NCBI RefSeq assembly: GCF_003918875.1
Contig: NW_025765122.1
Span: 62,001-126,000, forward strand
Source of the DNA: Haliotis rubra
Taxonomy: Eukaryota
Direction of reading: 5' to 3'
DNA length: 64,000 bases
Position 1 is the first letter of the stretch, and every line of letters begins with the position of its first letter. Positions 1 through 11,994 of the stretch are shown in pieces. The position numbers were made by a program, and so were the translations under genes. Below the pieces are notes generated by a model. It saw only the letters and a program-made list of their open reading frames with translations, did no database searches and was not told where the DNA came from.

Positions 1-56
1 CATACCATGCGTATTGCTGGATGCTAAGCAGCCAGAAGCCATTCATGTTTGAAGTG

Positions 57-400
57 ACCGCCTCGTGGTGTAGTGGAAAGTAGAGCGTCATTCAGGAGAG
101 CTTTTGAAGCAAGCTCCAGAGGGTTCGATCCCCTGACCGCGCTCACAATATACCAAAGACGCTAAAATATGTACTGTTGGTCCCCGCCCAGATGACGGGG
201 ATTTTGGTGAGCACAAGTCTTTTGTCAGTATAATGTGCTCCTGAGGTAGCCCATGCAAAGCCATTCTGCAAGCGATATCCTCGGGGCTTAGCATCTATAA
301 AAACCAGCCGCACATACAGCAGCGCCGACATACCGTGCCGTCGCGGCGAGCGAAAATAGATTTCGGCGCATGCAAACCCGTTCTCGCCCTCACCCTGGCC
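57..400 (+). mobile_element. Garbled copy of the Nin-domain tRNA-SINE (same family as 29383-29740)
   Basis: Collinear anchors ACCGCCTC-GTGGTGTAGTGG, GGTTCGATCCCC, ATACCAAAGACG, GTCAGTATAATGTG and CAGCCGCACATAC match the clean copy at 29383, with many indels between them. Confidence 0.6.
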
Positions 401-457
401 CGCCGAAGTGGTGATGCAGCTCACGGCCTGCGTTATCTGAACTCTGCCGCAGGTGCT

Positions 458-598
458 TCTCTCTCGCCCTTCCCTCCTCTCTGCCTCCCTCCCCTCTCTC
501 CCCCTCCCCACCCTCTCTCTCTCGCTCTTCCTTTTTCTTTTCTCTCTCTCCCCTCCCTCCCCTCTCTCGCTCTCCCCTGCCTCCCCTCTCTCTCTCTC

Positions 599-640
<42 letters not shown>

Positions 641-655
641 CTCCCTCCCACCTCC
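458..655. repeat. Imperfect (CT)n polypyrimidine microsatellite
   Basis: Run composed almost entirely of C and T. The overlapping R/E- and S/L-rich ORFs are artefacts of it. Confidence 0.9.
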
Positions 656-3600
656 TTAGGTGGCGGTGATCAACCTTCAGTTGTTGCATCTGTAGCCCGT
701 GGTTCTTTATAGCCGAAATGTTGTCTCGTGATCGTGCTATTGCTTGGTTCTTTGAATTAATGATACCGCTTTTACGCATTTTACGCGATGGGGAAACATA
801 CCTGAGGACCTCCGCGGTGTTGGTCCGTAAAGAAGTGATCTTCAAAGTCTACTCTTACGGTTTACGGGCAGGCGGGATTCTTGGTCGAGTGGAGACAATT
901 AATTCTTTTGTCCCGGGGTTTTGCTTCACATCAGCCGCAGAGATTGATATCGAAGGGAAGAACGCCACTCATGGTATGGCATTGAAGAGACATAGCAGAA
1001 TAGTTGAGTTTCTGCCGAGAAAAGGATTGGTCGTGTCTCGACGCTGATACTAACGGTGACGACGTCCCGTGTTCTGCGGTATACGGGAGTCTTGCGGAAG
1101 CACCTTCCTCAATACAGTATTGATATGGGAATTGGGGAATTTTGGAATAAATCTCCGTGATGATTATCCGCATGCATACGGTGAAAAGTCTTGATGTTCT
1201 TGTGTTTATGGGAAATAATATGTCGGCTTCAGTTGATGATGATGGCGACAGTATCCCGTGAAATTAAGCTTTGAGGGTAGAAGGCGCGGTGAGGTATACC
1301 TCGGCCAAATGATGAAAATTGATATTGCGAGGTAAGTTCCCGGAAACCCCCAATGGATGACCGTATTGCGGATGCGGTAGTAAAGTGGTTTGATGTTCCC
1401 AGGGTGCAAAATAATGTCAGCGCGATGATGATTCGCGACAATATCCTGCACTGGGTTTGGTAGAGGGGGACATTTTAGTGGCAAGGCATCTACCCCCACA
1501 AACACAGTACTGATATTAACAGCAGACAAAAGATGGTGAAATACCCTCGATGATAACTGTATATTATGGATTAAAGGATAGACCTGTTTTGCGCATGTCG
1601 TAGGTTTAGGAGCCTTCATGTGTGTGCTGATGATCACGGTATAAACATACTCATCGTGCGTCAGTTGGAAGGATATGCGCGATGATCTGCCATGCTCATG
1701 ATCGCCAGGGCATCGGGATATTAATAAAAATATGCATGAAGACGCCCATTGATATGTGAAAAGCATATTATGCATTTTAGTGGCTACTGGATGCAAAATT
1801 GTTAGTGAAGTGCGGCCGCCGAAATCATCTGGCGATGATCAGGCTCGCCACCGACCTTTCCGATCTGCCCGTTTTGAAAGGTCGGATGATGGCGGAGCGC
1901 CATCTCTCAGTAATGATGGGTACCAGCATTAACGTTTAGAGTATGCGTTTGGAAAACAAAGCAGCCATGATAGCAAAATCGCTTTGAAAAGCGTTAACGC
2001 TCTTTTGTCGCGTTCAACCTGGAAAATAAGTGGTTAAGCTGCTGTGAACTGTAAGAAGTGACCCATTTCCCTTTCAAACTATTGGTTGCCACATCTTTAC
2101 CGGTGCTCGTATAGATGGCGACAGTCTCTGCGTTTAAAGGTATCGGCTTATGTCATCATGCTCATGATACCTGACGATCACTTTAATTTGTCAGAGACTA
2201 GGAAAGCTCCGCCTACTAATCATCGCCCTCAAGCAACTTTAGAGTGAATAGCGAAAGGTTCGGCACAGCCCCATCACGCAGTGCCAAAACCCGGGTAATG
2301 CATATTATCAAAAAGCACGACAATTCGTGACATCCCGCGTATCCTTATTTGGGGCTGAATTATCTCCTCCCCGGCCTCGTAGGAAAATGGCGGAGGAGAT
2401 GAGCATATTCCCCACGTTTTCGGCGATGGAACGTTTACAGGCCTGTATGGTAAAGAATTATGAATTGGCCTGAAAGCATGATACTTTCGCGTTTGGGATG
2501 AATCAGGGTTTCACAAACAAAGCTTTTCATCTGCCCTCGCGCGGGGAAACCGGTGGAAGCGTGGGGATGGTTACAGATGGGGTCGTTTTGTCTGTATTTC
2601 CTGCAGAAATGCTGCAAACCCCTTTCAGGATTCCAGTTCTCAGCCCGGTTTCAGCCGGCGATTAAAAAGAACGTCGAAGCGTCGCCACAACTGGAAGCAG
2701 CGACGCCATGGGTCCTGATCGACTCAGCTGGTTTTGCCGTTGCTTAGGAAATATTCCAGCAATATCGCCAGTGGGGACACCAGAATGGGCTTCAAATATT
2801 GCGGCTCCTGGTAGGGGATCGAACCCGGGCTCCTGGGCGTGATTGATTGTAAATTTTGTAACCGAGCTGAAGATCCTACCTGCTCCTGAATGCTGAGCAT
2901 GTAAAACCATCCCAAACCTGTCGGAAAGTTTCCTGTTTATGTAAAATAAAGGCTGTCCCTGTGCCACTGTTCGAAACTGTGGATGGGCTACTCAAGTCTG
3001 TGCGTGGTATTGTGGATATGTCAAGATACCTGCCTTCGCCCCGTACCTTCGGTGTTATGGACTAGTGGTTGTCGATGGGCAGTTTGTCCGGCCACAGGAG
3101 GATGTTCCTGCGGCTCTTTAGGTACAAATCCGTTCTCGAGCTACTGATTTCAGTGGCCATTGCATCTTTGACAGATTGTTCGTATTGACGGCTGCTATTC
3201 TGCTGTGAAGGATGGCGCACAACAGGACCCCAAGTCTCTTGTCGGCAACCCTTTAGATCTTTACCATGTCGGAGCGTGTCTGGTACTGTAGGCCTCATCG
3301 CTGTAGCGATGAAATGCTGCCCTCTTTTCTGGAGGTGGGAAAATGGAATTTGCTGGTTTAAACGCCATAGATGAAAATGCACCGCGAGAGCGAAAGATTT
3401 CGGCGTCCCAGTTTGTAAATGGCTCCGGTTCAGCGGTATTCCTCATTCATGCGTATTTTAGAACTTTCCCTTTGCCTTTGCTTTGCGTATGCACCCCGCC
3501 TTGTGAATTTATGCCAGTTGTGGAATGCTTCGATGGCCGATATGAGCAGACAAGCGATTCATTGTGCTGCCACAGGTCTGCCTGGCTAAGGCTTCATCGT

Positions 3601-6600
3601 GCTTTATTAGGGATAGTTTATGACATGCTGTAAGATAACATTTATAATGCGCTGGAAGTGCTATGATACAGAAAAATACTCAATTATCTCTTATGATCAT
3701 TATGAGTTTTCATAATGTTAAAAAAATTGGCATTCTGAACGCACCGTCAACATTTCTTTGAATACATTCCTTAACCAACCTGAAACGCCTATTACCTTTT
3801 ATGATGGAATTACCCTGGCTGTTGATACTTTTGGTCGGGTCCTAAAATTCCATACACAAACAGATATCTCATTTATCACATCCCTTATCGTATTCTCCCA
3901 GTTTCACGCTTAAATTGCGTCTACCATGAGAATTCAAATCCTCTATAGAGGAGTGGCAGATCTGAGATGTGGGGCGAACATCAGAATTTGAATACCCTTC
4001 CGTCATTTAAAAATGCTCTAAATTTGGAGGAATAAAAACAGGTTAGAATTTTGAATTGGAGGGCGTATCAAATTATTGTTTTAAGATTATCTGAAAGTCT
4101 CTGCTTAAAACGGCGACAGCGAAATATCCAATGCAATGCCACGGATCCCGACACCGTGATCCCGTATAGTCAAAACCATATTCTAAATAAAATATTTTGA
4201 TACAGCCCGCGAAAGCCGCCAACATCTCGGAGTGACATAGCAAATGTTTTGGTAAAACAATAGTGGTACAATAGGTGATAACGTAGTATTTAATTTCACG
4301 GTCGGCAATTTGGGGATAAAGTCTCAGTCACAATCAAGCGCCACAATTATTACAGTGTAGACTTTTGTTCGTCCTCGGCGGAAATATTTTACCGATGAGA
4401 GCTTCGGTTCATCGATCTCCACGATGCTACAACATGGTACCCCAAATCTCAGGACCCATAACATGCATACAGAAAATATGTCAAAAATCTTAAACGTCTT
4501 TGCTTACCTGATTTCCATCTTTTTTGAAAACAATTTCCAGAAATGATGCCGCTTTGTTAGCTTGTTTCGATGTTTTGTATGTGGCGTATGCCCTTTCGGA
4601 TTGTAATCGGGAAGGGAAAATAAAGATATTCCCAATCTATCTGGTTTCTTCTGGGCATACCTGAAACCAGATGACCGTATGGATGCAATCAATCGCCGGG
4701 ATTATTGGTTAGGCTGTCAATATAAATGACCTGCACGGCGATCGTCATCCATAATGCGGTCAGCACGATGGTTTAGCCGAGTTTGTTTAACGCCGCACTC
4801 AGTGAATGAATTCCGCTTATAAGGTAGTGGTTCAGAACAATTTTTCCGGAACCGTATACCTGCGACTAAATGCAGTTTAGTTAATGGATCTCTTACGCAC
4901 GGGGATATTTAATATGCAAGCAATCAAGTCAGCGCCGGAGTCGACCAATTCTGATCCCGTTAGTCGCCCTCTATGACAACAAGCATAGGCCGCCGAACGA
5001 ATATTCTAACCTGACCTTCACTTCTGGTCCTACCCAATGCATATGCTTAGCGAATGATTGCTTTTGCGATGGATTTTGGAACATGTCCGCGCCGCGTACG
5101 GTCTCTTGTAAAGATAATGATAAATGCTGCCCAAACATATTCTCCACGTCCCATATCAAATAGGCGCTTAAACTCCGTACGATATTCGAAGTCTCATAAC
5201 ACGGCTCTGCGTATAGTGAGCGTTAGTATTAGGGATCGCTAGTAGCTGATCCCATCGCGACGACCGGTAGCGATTTGATTTATGCCGATAGAGAAGCCCG
5301 GCCGTTAAGAAAGTGACCTCATGGGCTGGTGATTTGAGCTCGGTACCAAACCGAATACCGAAATCTTTGGAAAGCTGGTTTTATGGAGGAAGCCGTGGTT
5401 GAGCGAAGAGCGCAGCTCACGGTGGCGGAAAGTATTTCTTGCTCAAACAGTAAAATGTACGGTTCCACGGTATGGCGACGTTCATTACCGGTCACCAGCT
5501 TATTAAAATACGGCGGTTGATCACAGGTGGTGTAGATCATGTGTTCCATGACGGTATGGCGCACGACAGCCCCGTCTATGCTCAACGATATTCTGCCGTC
5601 ATCGTCCTGCCTGTTTCCTAAGGAAAGTCGATCCCGGAAAATAGCGACCTGGCCTGATATTTCCGGCAGTAAAATGCTGGCGAAATGACACTTTGTCGTA
5701 TAAGCTGAATTAACGCGTTGTAACTGTTCGCGGTATGGGTCGATATTATATTTTAAATGATGATTTTACCGGGCCATTGGTCGGAGATGTTCTTCGCGAA
5801 TAGGAAAAGCTGAGAACTCGACCACTCGACCAACTTAGGCTAAGTTATGTAGCTGCTCTGTCAAGATTTTAGGTTCAGTCAATACATACAAACTTAGATA
5901 TTCACAAAAACAATAACTGTTTGGTAGTTCCTCATATCAACAAATCAACTGTACGAGTTGTTGATAAGGTATTGTACGGGTAGTTGGTTTCGTCTAATTT
6001 ATCAACTAGAGGTAGGACCTTGCAGCTGTGTATTGAATGGTATATTCGGTCCAATGTGTCTTTTCTCCCCATCTTTAATCTGCTGAAGTATTTAAAATAT
6101 ATATGTTTTTGTAAAATGAATATTTTATCAGATCTTCTTTACTACACCTTCACTGTATATAGAACATTGGCGCGTACATTTTACCTCACAGAATAATGAA
6201 CGCTGGGGAATTTCAGCAATTCGACGAATCGTGCATCCTCATTTCGCCACAAGCAGCCTGGATTAAGAAGCACACAACCCACCAAAATACCTTCAGCAGA
6301 ATCTAATATGCGAATCAATGCGCGAAGCCTTTGAGTGAGTGGAGTGAAGTTATTTAACGTCACATCGGCAATATTGCAGCCATATCGTGACGAGAACATA
6401 TGAGAAGCTCTTTGAAAGGATCCATTTGGGATTCAGTGGCGCATCACGAGTAACGCATGAAAAGAAATTATATTTCCTTCTGGTTGAAGGATGAATAAGA
6501 AGGAAATTGCTTTTCCAGGGTATGTAACCTGGACAGGGTAGGTGGATGTTGATAGGTGGCGCTGCTATAAGGGTATATAAAGGTAGTGTAAGCCGTGTAC

Positions 6601-6657
6601 GTCATTCTCGCATCACGTGCAGCTACGGTCTGTTGATTTATTTTCAAACCTTGCGCA

Positions 6658-7380
6658 ATGGAGGCTAAGATTGACGCCATTTTGAAGAACTTGAGACAAG
6701 CTTCAGCGAGAGCTTCATGATGCTCTGGATACTCAAGATTTCGGCCCTCTCAGAGAAGAGTTCAGTCAAACCACAACTGACGTTAAGCAGCTTAAGGCGG
6801 ACAAGGACTTATATTTGGTCGAAGGAGGGTAATAAGATTCAGTACAATTTTAATCAAGAGACTATTCAGTGCTTAAATCATGTAATTTCATCTATTCACA
6901 ACAACGATGCTTGAACAGGCAGAGTCCATGATCGTAATTTCGGAATGTGAATCGACTCCAAAACTGAGGAACGAGTCACATCAGGATCGCGACCCTCTGA
7001 AGGCGGTTGGGAGACGGTGAGACAATATGTTTCTAATGAACTCGCTGACAACCTGACGATGATCGGGCTTTTCCAAAGCAACAGCAGAGCTGCCAGGAAA
7101 TTGCGACAAAAGCGGGAAGATACGCGCCGTATGCAAGTAGAGCTGCCTGTAGGAGTTCTCCTACAGTTAGTCGTCCTGCAGCAAGCGGCCAGCGTTTCTA
7201 ACGGCCCTCAGCATTATCCAAAGTCTCGTTAACCAGCCCTTTCGTACCAGAGGTCAGCGTTCAGGGAGCATGCTTCGCCTGTGGCGAGTTTACCCACTTC
7301 CGAAGAGACTGCTTCCCTATACCCAGTGGCGGAAGTCAGGAACGTCAATCGAGTTAGTGCAGGCCAGTCGGGCCAGTGAG
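6658..7380 (+). pseudogene. gag-like ORF of the PAT element (frameshifted)
   Basis: Starts MEAKIDAILKNL just after repeat A1. CCHC knuckle GACFACGEFTHFRRDC at ~7265-7312. Confidence 0.7.
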
Positions 7381-7399
7381 CAGAGGCAGGATTTGTCAT

Positions 7400-9460
7400 C
7401 AGTTGCATATACTCTTTCAAGAATGTTTAAATGCTGTCGAGAATATTTATACTTGAAAGCCTTTACTCGAAAACTATTCTTGAATATGAAATAGGAATGT
7501 CGGAGGATTTTGGTCAAGGGTCGGCCTTTAAACGCTGTTTACCATTTTTGATATCTATGGGTGCATCTACAATTTGTAATCGATATTATTGAAAATGGAT
7601 ATAAAATCTCTTTTAACCAGACCTCCTGATATGCTTTTCCAGAAACAAACCAGTCGGCAATACAACATGCAAGCTTTTGTGACAAAGCCATTGATGAGCT
7701 GGAAGAAGAAAAATTGATTTGTAATGTGATAAAGCCCCCAAGTGTTGTCGTCAACCCGCTCTCTCTGTATCAAAGTGCAGTCCTCAGGCAAAAAAAAACG
7801 GTTGATTCTTGATTTGTCGAAAGTGAATAACCTATGTTCTCAAAATCTAGTGTGAAATATATGAGGACTGGAAACGGCTTTAGTTTATATATACGTCAGA
7901 ATGACTCATTTGCTACAACTTGATATACATCTCGGCATATCACCATGCTGACATTTTTCCATCCTCATACAGGTTTTCTTTGGTTTTGCTTGTTGTGATA
8001 GTACCGGAATGATACATTTCTACAAATTTTTGGTTTTGCCATTCTGGTTTGACTTCGGCACCGTATGTATTTACTAAGATTACTAGACAGCTTGTAAGGA
8101 AATGGCGGTTAGCAGAAGGTTACAGGATTGTTACTTTTGGACGATGGTATTTTATCAGGAGATTCGAATCTGCATACACTTGCCATAGGTTCTGGGCTGT
8201 CAAAGATGACATTCTTGTTTCTGGTTTTGTACCAAAAGTAGAGAAGTCCTTTGTGGTCTCACAATTTTGAGTGGTTAGGGTTTTAGCATTGACACTACAA
8301 CAATGTCATTGAGTGTGCCTAACAGGAAAATTGACAAGCTTCAGTAATGATACGTCATGTACAGAGTCTTAGCTGGAATCCGGTGCCAGTGAAGAGTGTA
8401 GCCTCTGTTGTAGGCTAAGCAGATCATTTCTATGAAATTGGTGGGTTGGTGGCCCTTGTTCAATTCAATGACTAGGATCTTGAGTATGGATATTATTACT
8501 GCTAGGTCTTGAGCAGTAAAATAAGACTTACTGACAGTAGTAAAGCACCAGTTACAGTTTTGGCTAGATAATGACTGGGCGTTACGTGTCAAGACGTTTG
8601 ATCCAATCAGCAGGTATGAGGAAGCTGTTGTATTCAGATGCGAGTGACACTCGGGTATGGTGGTTATTGTGCGGATGTGGAACAAGGTGGTGTCACATGG
8701 TCAGTGGTCTGATGAAGAGCGTGGTAATAGTTCCAATTTGGCGGAGCTTCAAGCTAAGTGAATATGGTTTTGAAGAGCTTAGCACCAGGTTTGAGACATG
8801 AAAGGGTCAGTGGTTTACTGATAATCAAAATGTAGTTAACATCGTTGAAAAGGTAGCATGAAAACACACCTGCAACCATTGGTGTTGCTACAAGTATTCA
8901 ATATTTGTTTTGGAGTACAATATAGATTTGCGGTAAATCCAGTGGATCCCTCGCAATGAAAAAATGAAGAAGCTGATTTTCAGTCGATTAGTGGACCATG
9001 ACGATTGGGGATTAGTAAAGGTGTGTTTCAGAGTGTTGATAAGAAATGGGGACCACATCAGGTTGATCGATGCTTCATACTACAAATGCTAAGCTGACAA
9101 CGTATAACCTCCCGCCATAGCAAACCCAGGGTGTTCGGCCTGTAGATTGTCTCCACCGTGAGCTGGAGAGAGGAGTCATGAACTGGGTTGTCCCCCCGTG
9201 TGTTTGATACAACCCAGAGTTATTGACACAATACGTCTGAATGTCACGCTGTAGGCACGCTTGTTGTTCCAGAGTGGAAGTCGTCTGCTTTTGGCCAATA
9301 TTGTGCTCACAGTCCGGTACATATATCACAAGTGAAAGATTGCATATATCTGCCAAGATCAAAAAGAAGCATATGTTGCTAGTAGAATAAGAGGAGGTCT
9401 GTTTGGTGAACATGATTTGCATTTCTTCAACATGCTAGCATTGTTGCTTGATTTTCGTTA
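7400..9460 (+). pseudogene. Reverse transcriptase-RNase H-methyltransferase-like ORF of the PAT element (many indels)
   Basis: Read across frameshifts: VLPFGLTSAPYVFTK (~8032-8080), xLDDG (~8140), LYSDASDTG (~8628), FTDNQNV (~8815), QWIPR (~8940), WGPHQVDR (~9047), NWVVPP (~9180), GTLVVPEWKS (~9254). Confidence 0.85.
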
Positions 9461-9481
9461 ATGTTGATGTACCTGTTACAG

Positions 9482-10495
9482 GTGTGTTTCACGACGTTTA
9501 TCAAGATGAGATTGGTTGTCTCCTTCCCATGTTCGATCTCGCATATGAACTGCCTGATTTAATATCTCATGCAAGAGCTGAGTCCACAACAAAGAAGCTA
9601 TAGTATAGGCTATGCAGCATGGAAAAGGTGGGCGAAGAGTAATAATACGTCTGATGCGCTCCCCTATATCTCCTTTGCATTGTGCAATTTATTTATTGTC
9701 TATTGTGCAAGAAAGTGATTCAGCATCGCCTGGTTTTAAATGCTTATTATGTGGGTTGAGACATGCTCATTGCAGTGTTACTTCGTTAGTCCTACAGAGA
9801 ATGGCTTAGCTAAAACGCTGTAGAAGCTGCAAAGAGAAAAATTGCCTCGAAAAGTAGATAAGAAAGAACCAGTTACAGTGTCTGTTTAGAGCAGTTGTAT
9901 TGATGTAAAGGGTCATAGTGATTCCTCTAATGGATTTGAGAATATTAGCTATTTGTTTGTTTGGGTATGCGGGATTTCTTAGATCTGCTGAGTTATTGAA
10001 TATCACTCGAGCTGATATTGTATTTTGCCAGTCTCACATGATGCTGCTTTTATTGAGAAATCTAAAACAGATATCTACAGGATGGTGCCTGGCTGGTTAT
10101 TGGTCGGACAGGTACAAAGTTGTGTCCTGTAAGTTGTCTAGGAAAGGTATTTGGTTCAAGCCAATATTGATCCATATTCTGACTGTTTTGTCTTCAGAAA
10201 TTTATCTAAATGTGCCAGTGGCTATAGACTAGGGAAGGTTAATACGCCTATGTCATATAGTAGGCTGAGGGAAATATTTTAGAAGCTTTCAGTCCTTTTG
10301 TTGATAACATTAAGAAATATGGACTGCACAGCCTGCGTAGTGGTGGAGCTACCGCAGCAGCTAACAACAATGGAATTCCAGATCGGATGTTTAAGAGACA
10401 TGGACGCTGGCGAAGTGAGAAAGCTTTAAAGATGGATACATCAAGGATAGTTTAGAAAAACAGGCTAAAAGGTTCCCTCTCTCCTCGGCTCTGAC
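9482..10495 (+). pseudogene. Tyrosine recombinase ORF of the PAT element (frameshifted)
   Basis: FGYAGFLRSAELL (catalytic R), GLHSLRSGGATAAAN (~10321; HxxR), FKRHGRWRSE and KDGYI (catalytic Y, ~10430). Confidence 0.88.
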
Positions 10496-10875
10496 TCTCT
10501 TTGTTTTCTCGGCCGTGAAGCGTACAGCGAGCCCTGTGTTGATACAATGTGTTGTGTCTGTTTGTTAGAGTGGAATGTTGGGGCTGGAGAAATTATATTT
10601 CCCTTCGGCTGAAGCTGATTTGAATAAGAAGGAAATTGCTTTCTCCAGGGAATACATGTAACTCTGGACAGGGTAGGTGTGGATGTTGATAGGTGGCGCT
10701 GCTATAAGGGTATATAAAGGTAGTGTAAGCCGTGTACGTCATTCTCGCATCACGTGCAGCTACGGTCTGTTGATTTATTTATTGTTTTAACTTACAACTT
10801 TTATAAATCTGTAACATTTATATATATATGTATGAATGATATAATTTCCTGTGTTTCAGGGGTATGTTTCCTGCT

Positions 10876-11306
10876 GGCTGAAGAGCCGCGAGAATACTTG
10901 GTTCTCTACATTGTAAATAAGTGTGAATAGAATCTTGACAAGAATTATACAGACGGTGGTTTGTATTGGTGCTGAAGAGCCGTTATAATACTGCATGCAT
11001 GCAATTTATGTGTTTGTGCTCGCTAAGAGCTGAAGAGCTGTTATGATATCTTAAGATTGAATGAAATAAATGTGGAATTTTGGTTGAGGAGCCATTATAA
11101 TACCGTGTTGATAATGAATGGATGTTATGTCCTAGCTGGAGATAAGAGCCGTTCTATCATGTGTTTTCAGCGCTGAAAAGCCGCTGTGATAACTGCGTGT
11201 TCAGATTGAATTAACTCGGTTGTATTCCGGGCTGAAGAGCCGTTATAATACTCATGTTGGGATTGAACGACTTGTGTAATATGGGCTGAAGAGCCGTTAT
11301 AATACT
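10876..11306 (+). repeat. Array of ~8 conserved 22-nt motifs (GCTGAAGAGCCGTTATAATACT) with diverged spacers, inside the PAT element
   Basis: Motif starts at ~10877, 10971, 11029, 11083, ~11141, 11172, 11231 and 11285. Most periods are 54-59 nt. Confidence 0.8.
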
Positions 11307-11679
11307 GTTATAATAACGATGGATTGAGGTTGAGATTGTATTTAATGTACATATTTGTGCTTTTACACAGTTACTGTAAACCCTCCAGTCATGTGCTGCT
11401 GCATCGTTGAGGGGAACACGGTTCCAGAGTTTTTCTTTAAAAAGTTTATCTCTGGTTTTTACGTGTCGGGCTTCGGCATGGTGTAATCTGTGACTTTGTC
11501 ATGCGTGGTATATGCGTGGTGTAAATAAGTATCTTACAGGTAAACTACAATGGGATGATGATGATGACTATGATGATGGTGGTTAATGTAATAAATCTCG
11601 GCCGTGGCATACACAGCGAGCCCTGTGTTGATACAATGTGTTGTGTCGTTTGTTAGAGTGGAATGTTGGGGCTGGAGAA

Positions 11680-11994
11680 GTTAACCAGCTGTGGAACTAC
11701 AAAAGCCACATACATAGGCATCACGATTTGAAACGTGAGCAATGCACTTGGTGCAATGCCAAATATGGAAATAGAAAGGATCTCCATCTTCACCAAAAAT
11801 TATGTGAGAGTAAAGCTGGTAACAAGGGAGAAAGTCATGTTGAATGTCCTACTTGCAAAGTCACAGTTTCCAAATTATATCTGAAAGAGTATATCGAAAG
11901 TCAACACAAGATGATGAAGTTTCATTGTTCCCAATGTTATAAAACTTACAAATGGCGCTCATCTCTGAAATGGCACACTGATCACGCACATTGA
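11680..11994 (+). pseudogene. C2H2 zinc-finger gene, 3' part (5' part probably ~6200-6462, interrupted by the PAT element)
   Basis: Tandem fingers CTWC..HQKLC, CPTC..YIESQH and CSQCYKTYKWRSSLKWHTDHAH*. The N-terminus of the listed ORF (11638-11679) is repeat B2, not ZnF. Confidence 0.7.

Larger units (their letters stand above)
6463..11679 (+). mobile_element. PAT-like (DIRS order) tyrosine-recombinase retrotransposon with split direct repeats
   Basis: A1 6463-6643 matches A2 10588-10780, and B1 10507-10591 matches B2 11596-11679 (order A1-ORFs-B1A2-B2). Gag, RT/RNase H/methyltransferase-like and YR motifs lie between. Split direct repeats plus an MT domain fit PAT rather than Ngaro or DIRS1. 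Confidence 0.88.

Noticed and set aside
660-5840. Bacterial insertion or horizontal transfer (CpG-rich, prokaryote-looking stretch)
   Set aside because: No long or recognisable ORFs, and garbled host SINEs are embedded in it. Basecalling noise explains it better.
10876-11306. Bona fide CRISPR array
   Set aside because: Eukaryotic retrotransposon context, no cas genes, irregular periods and residual similarity among spacers. Kept as an unexplained array instead.
10876-11306. Hammerhead ribozymes (CTGAAGA core)
   Set aside because: No closing stem II followed by GAAA after any copy.
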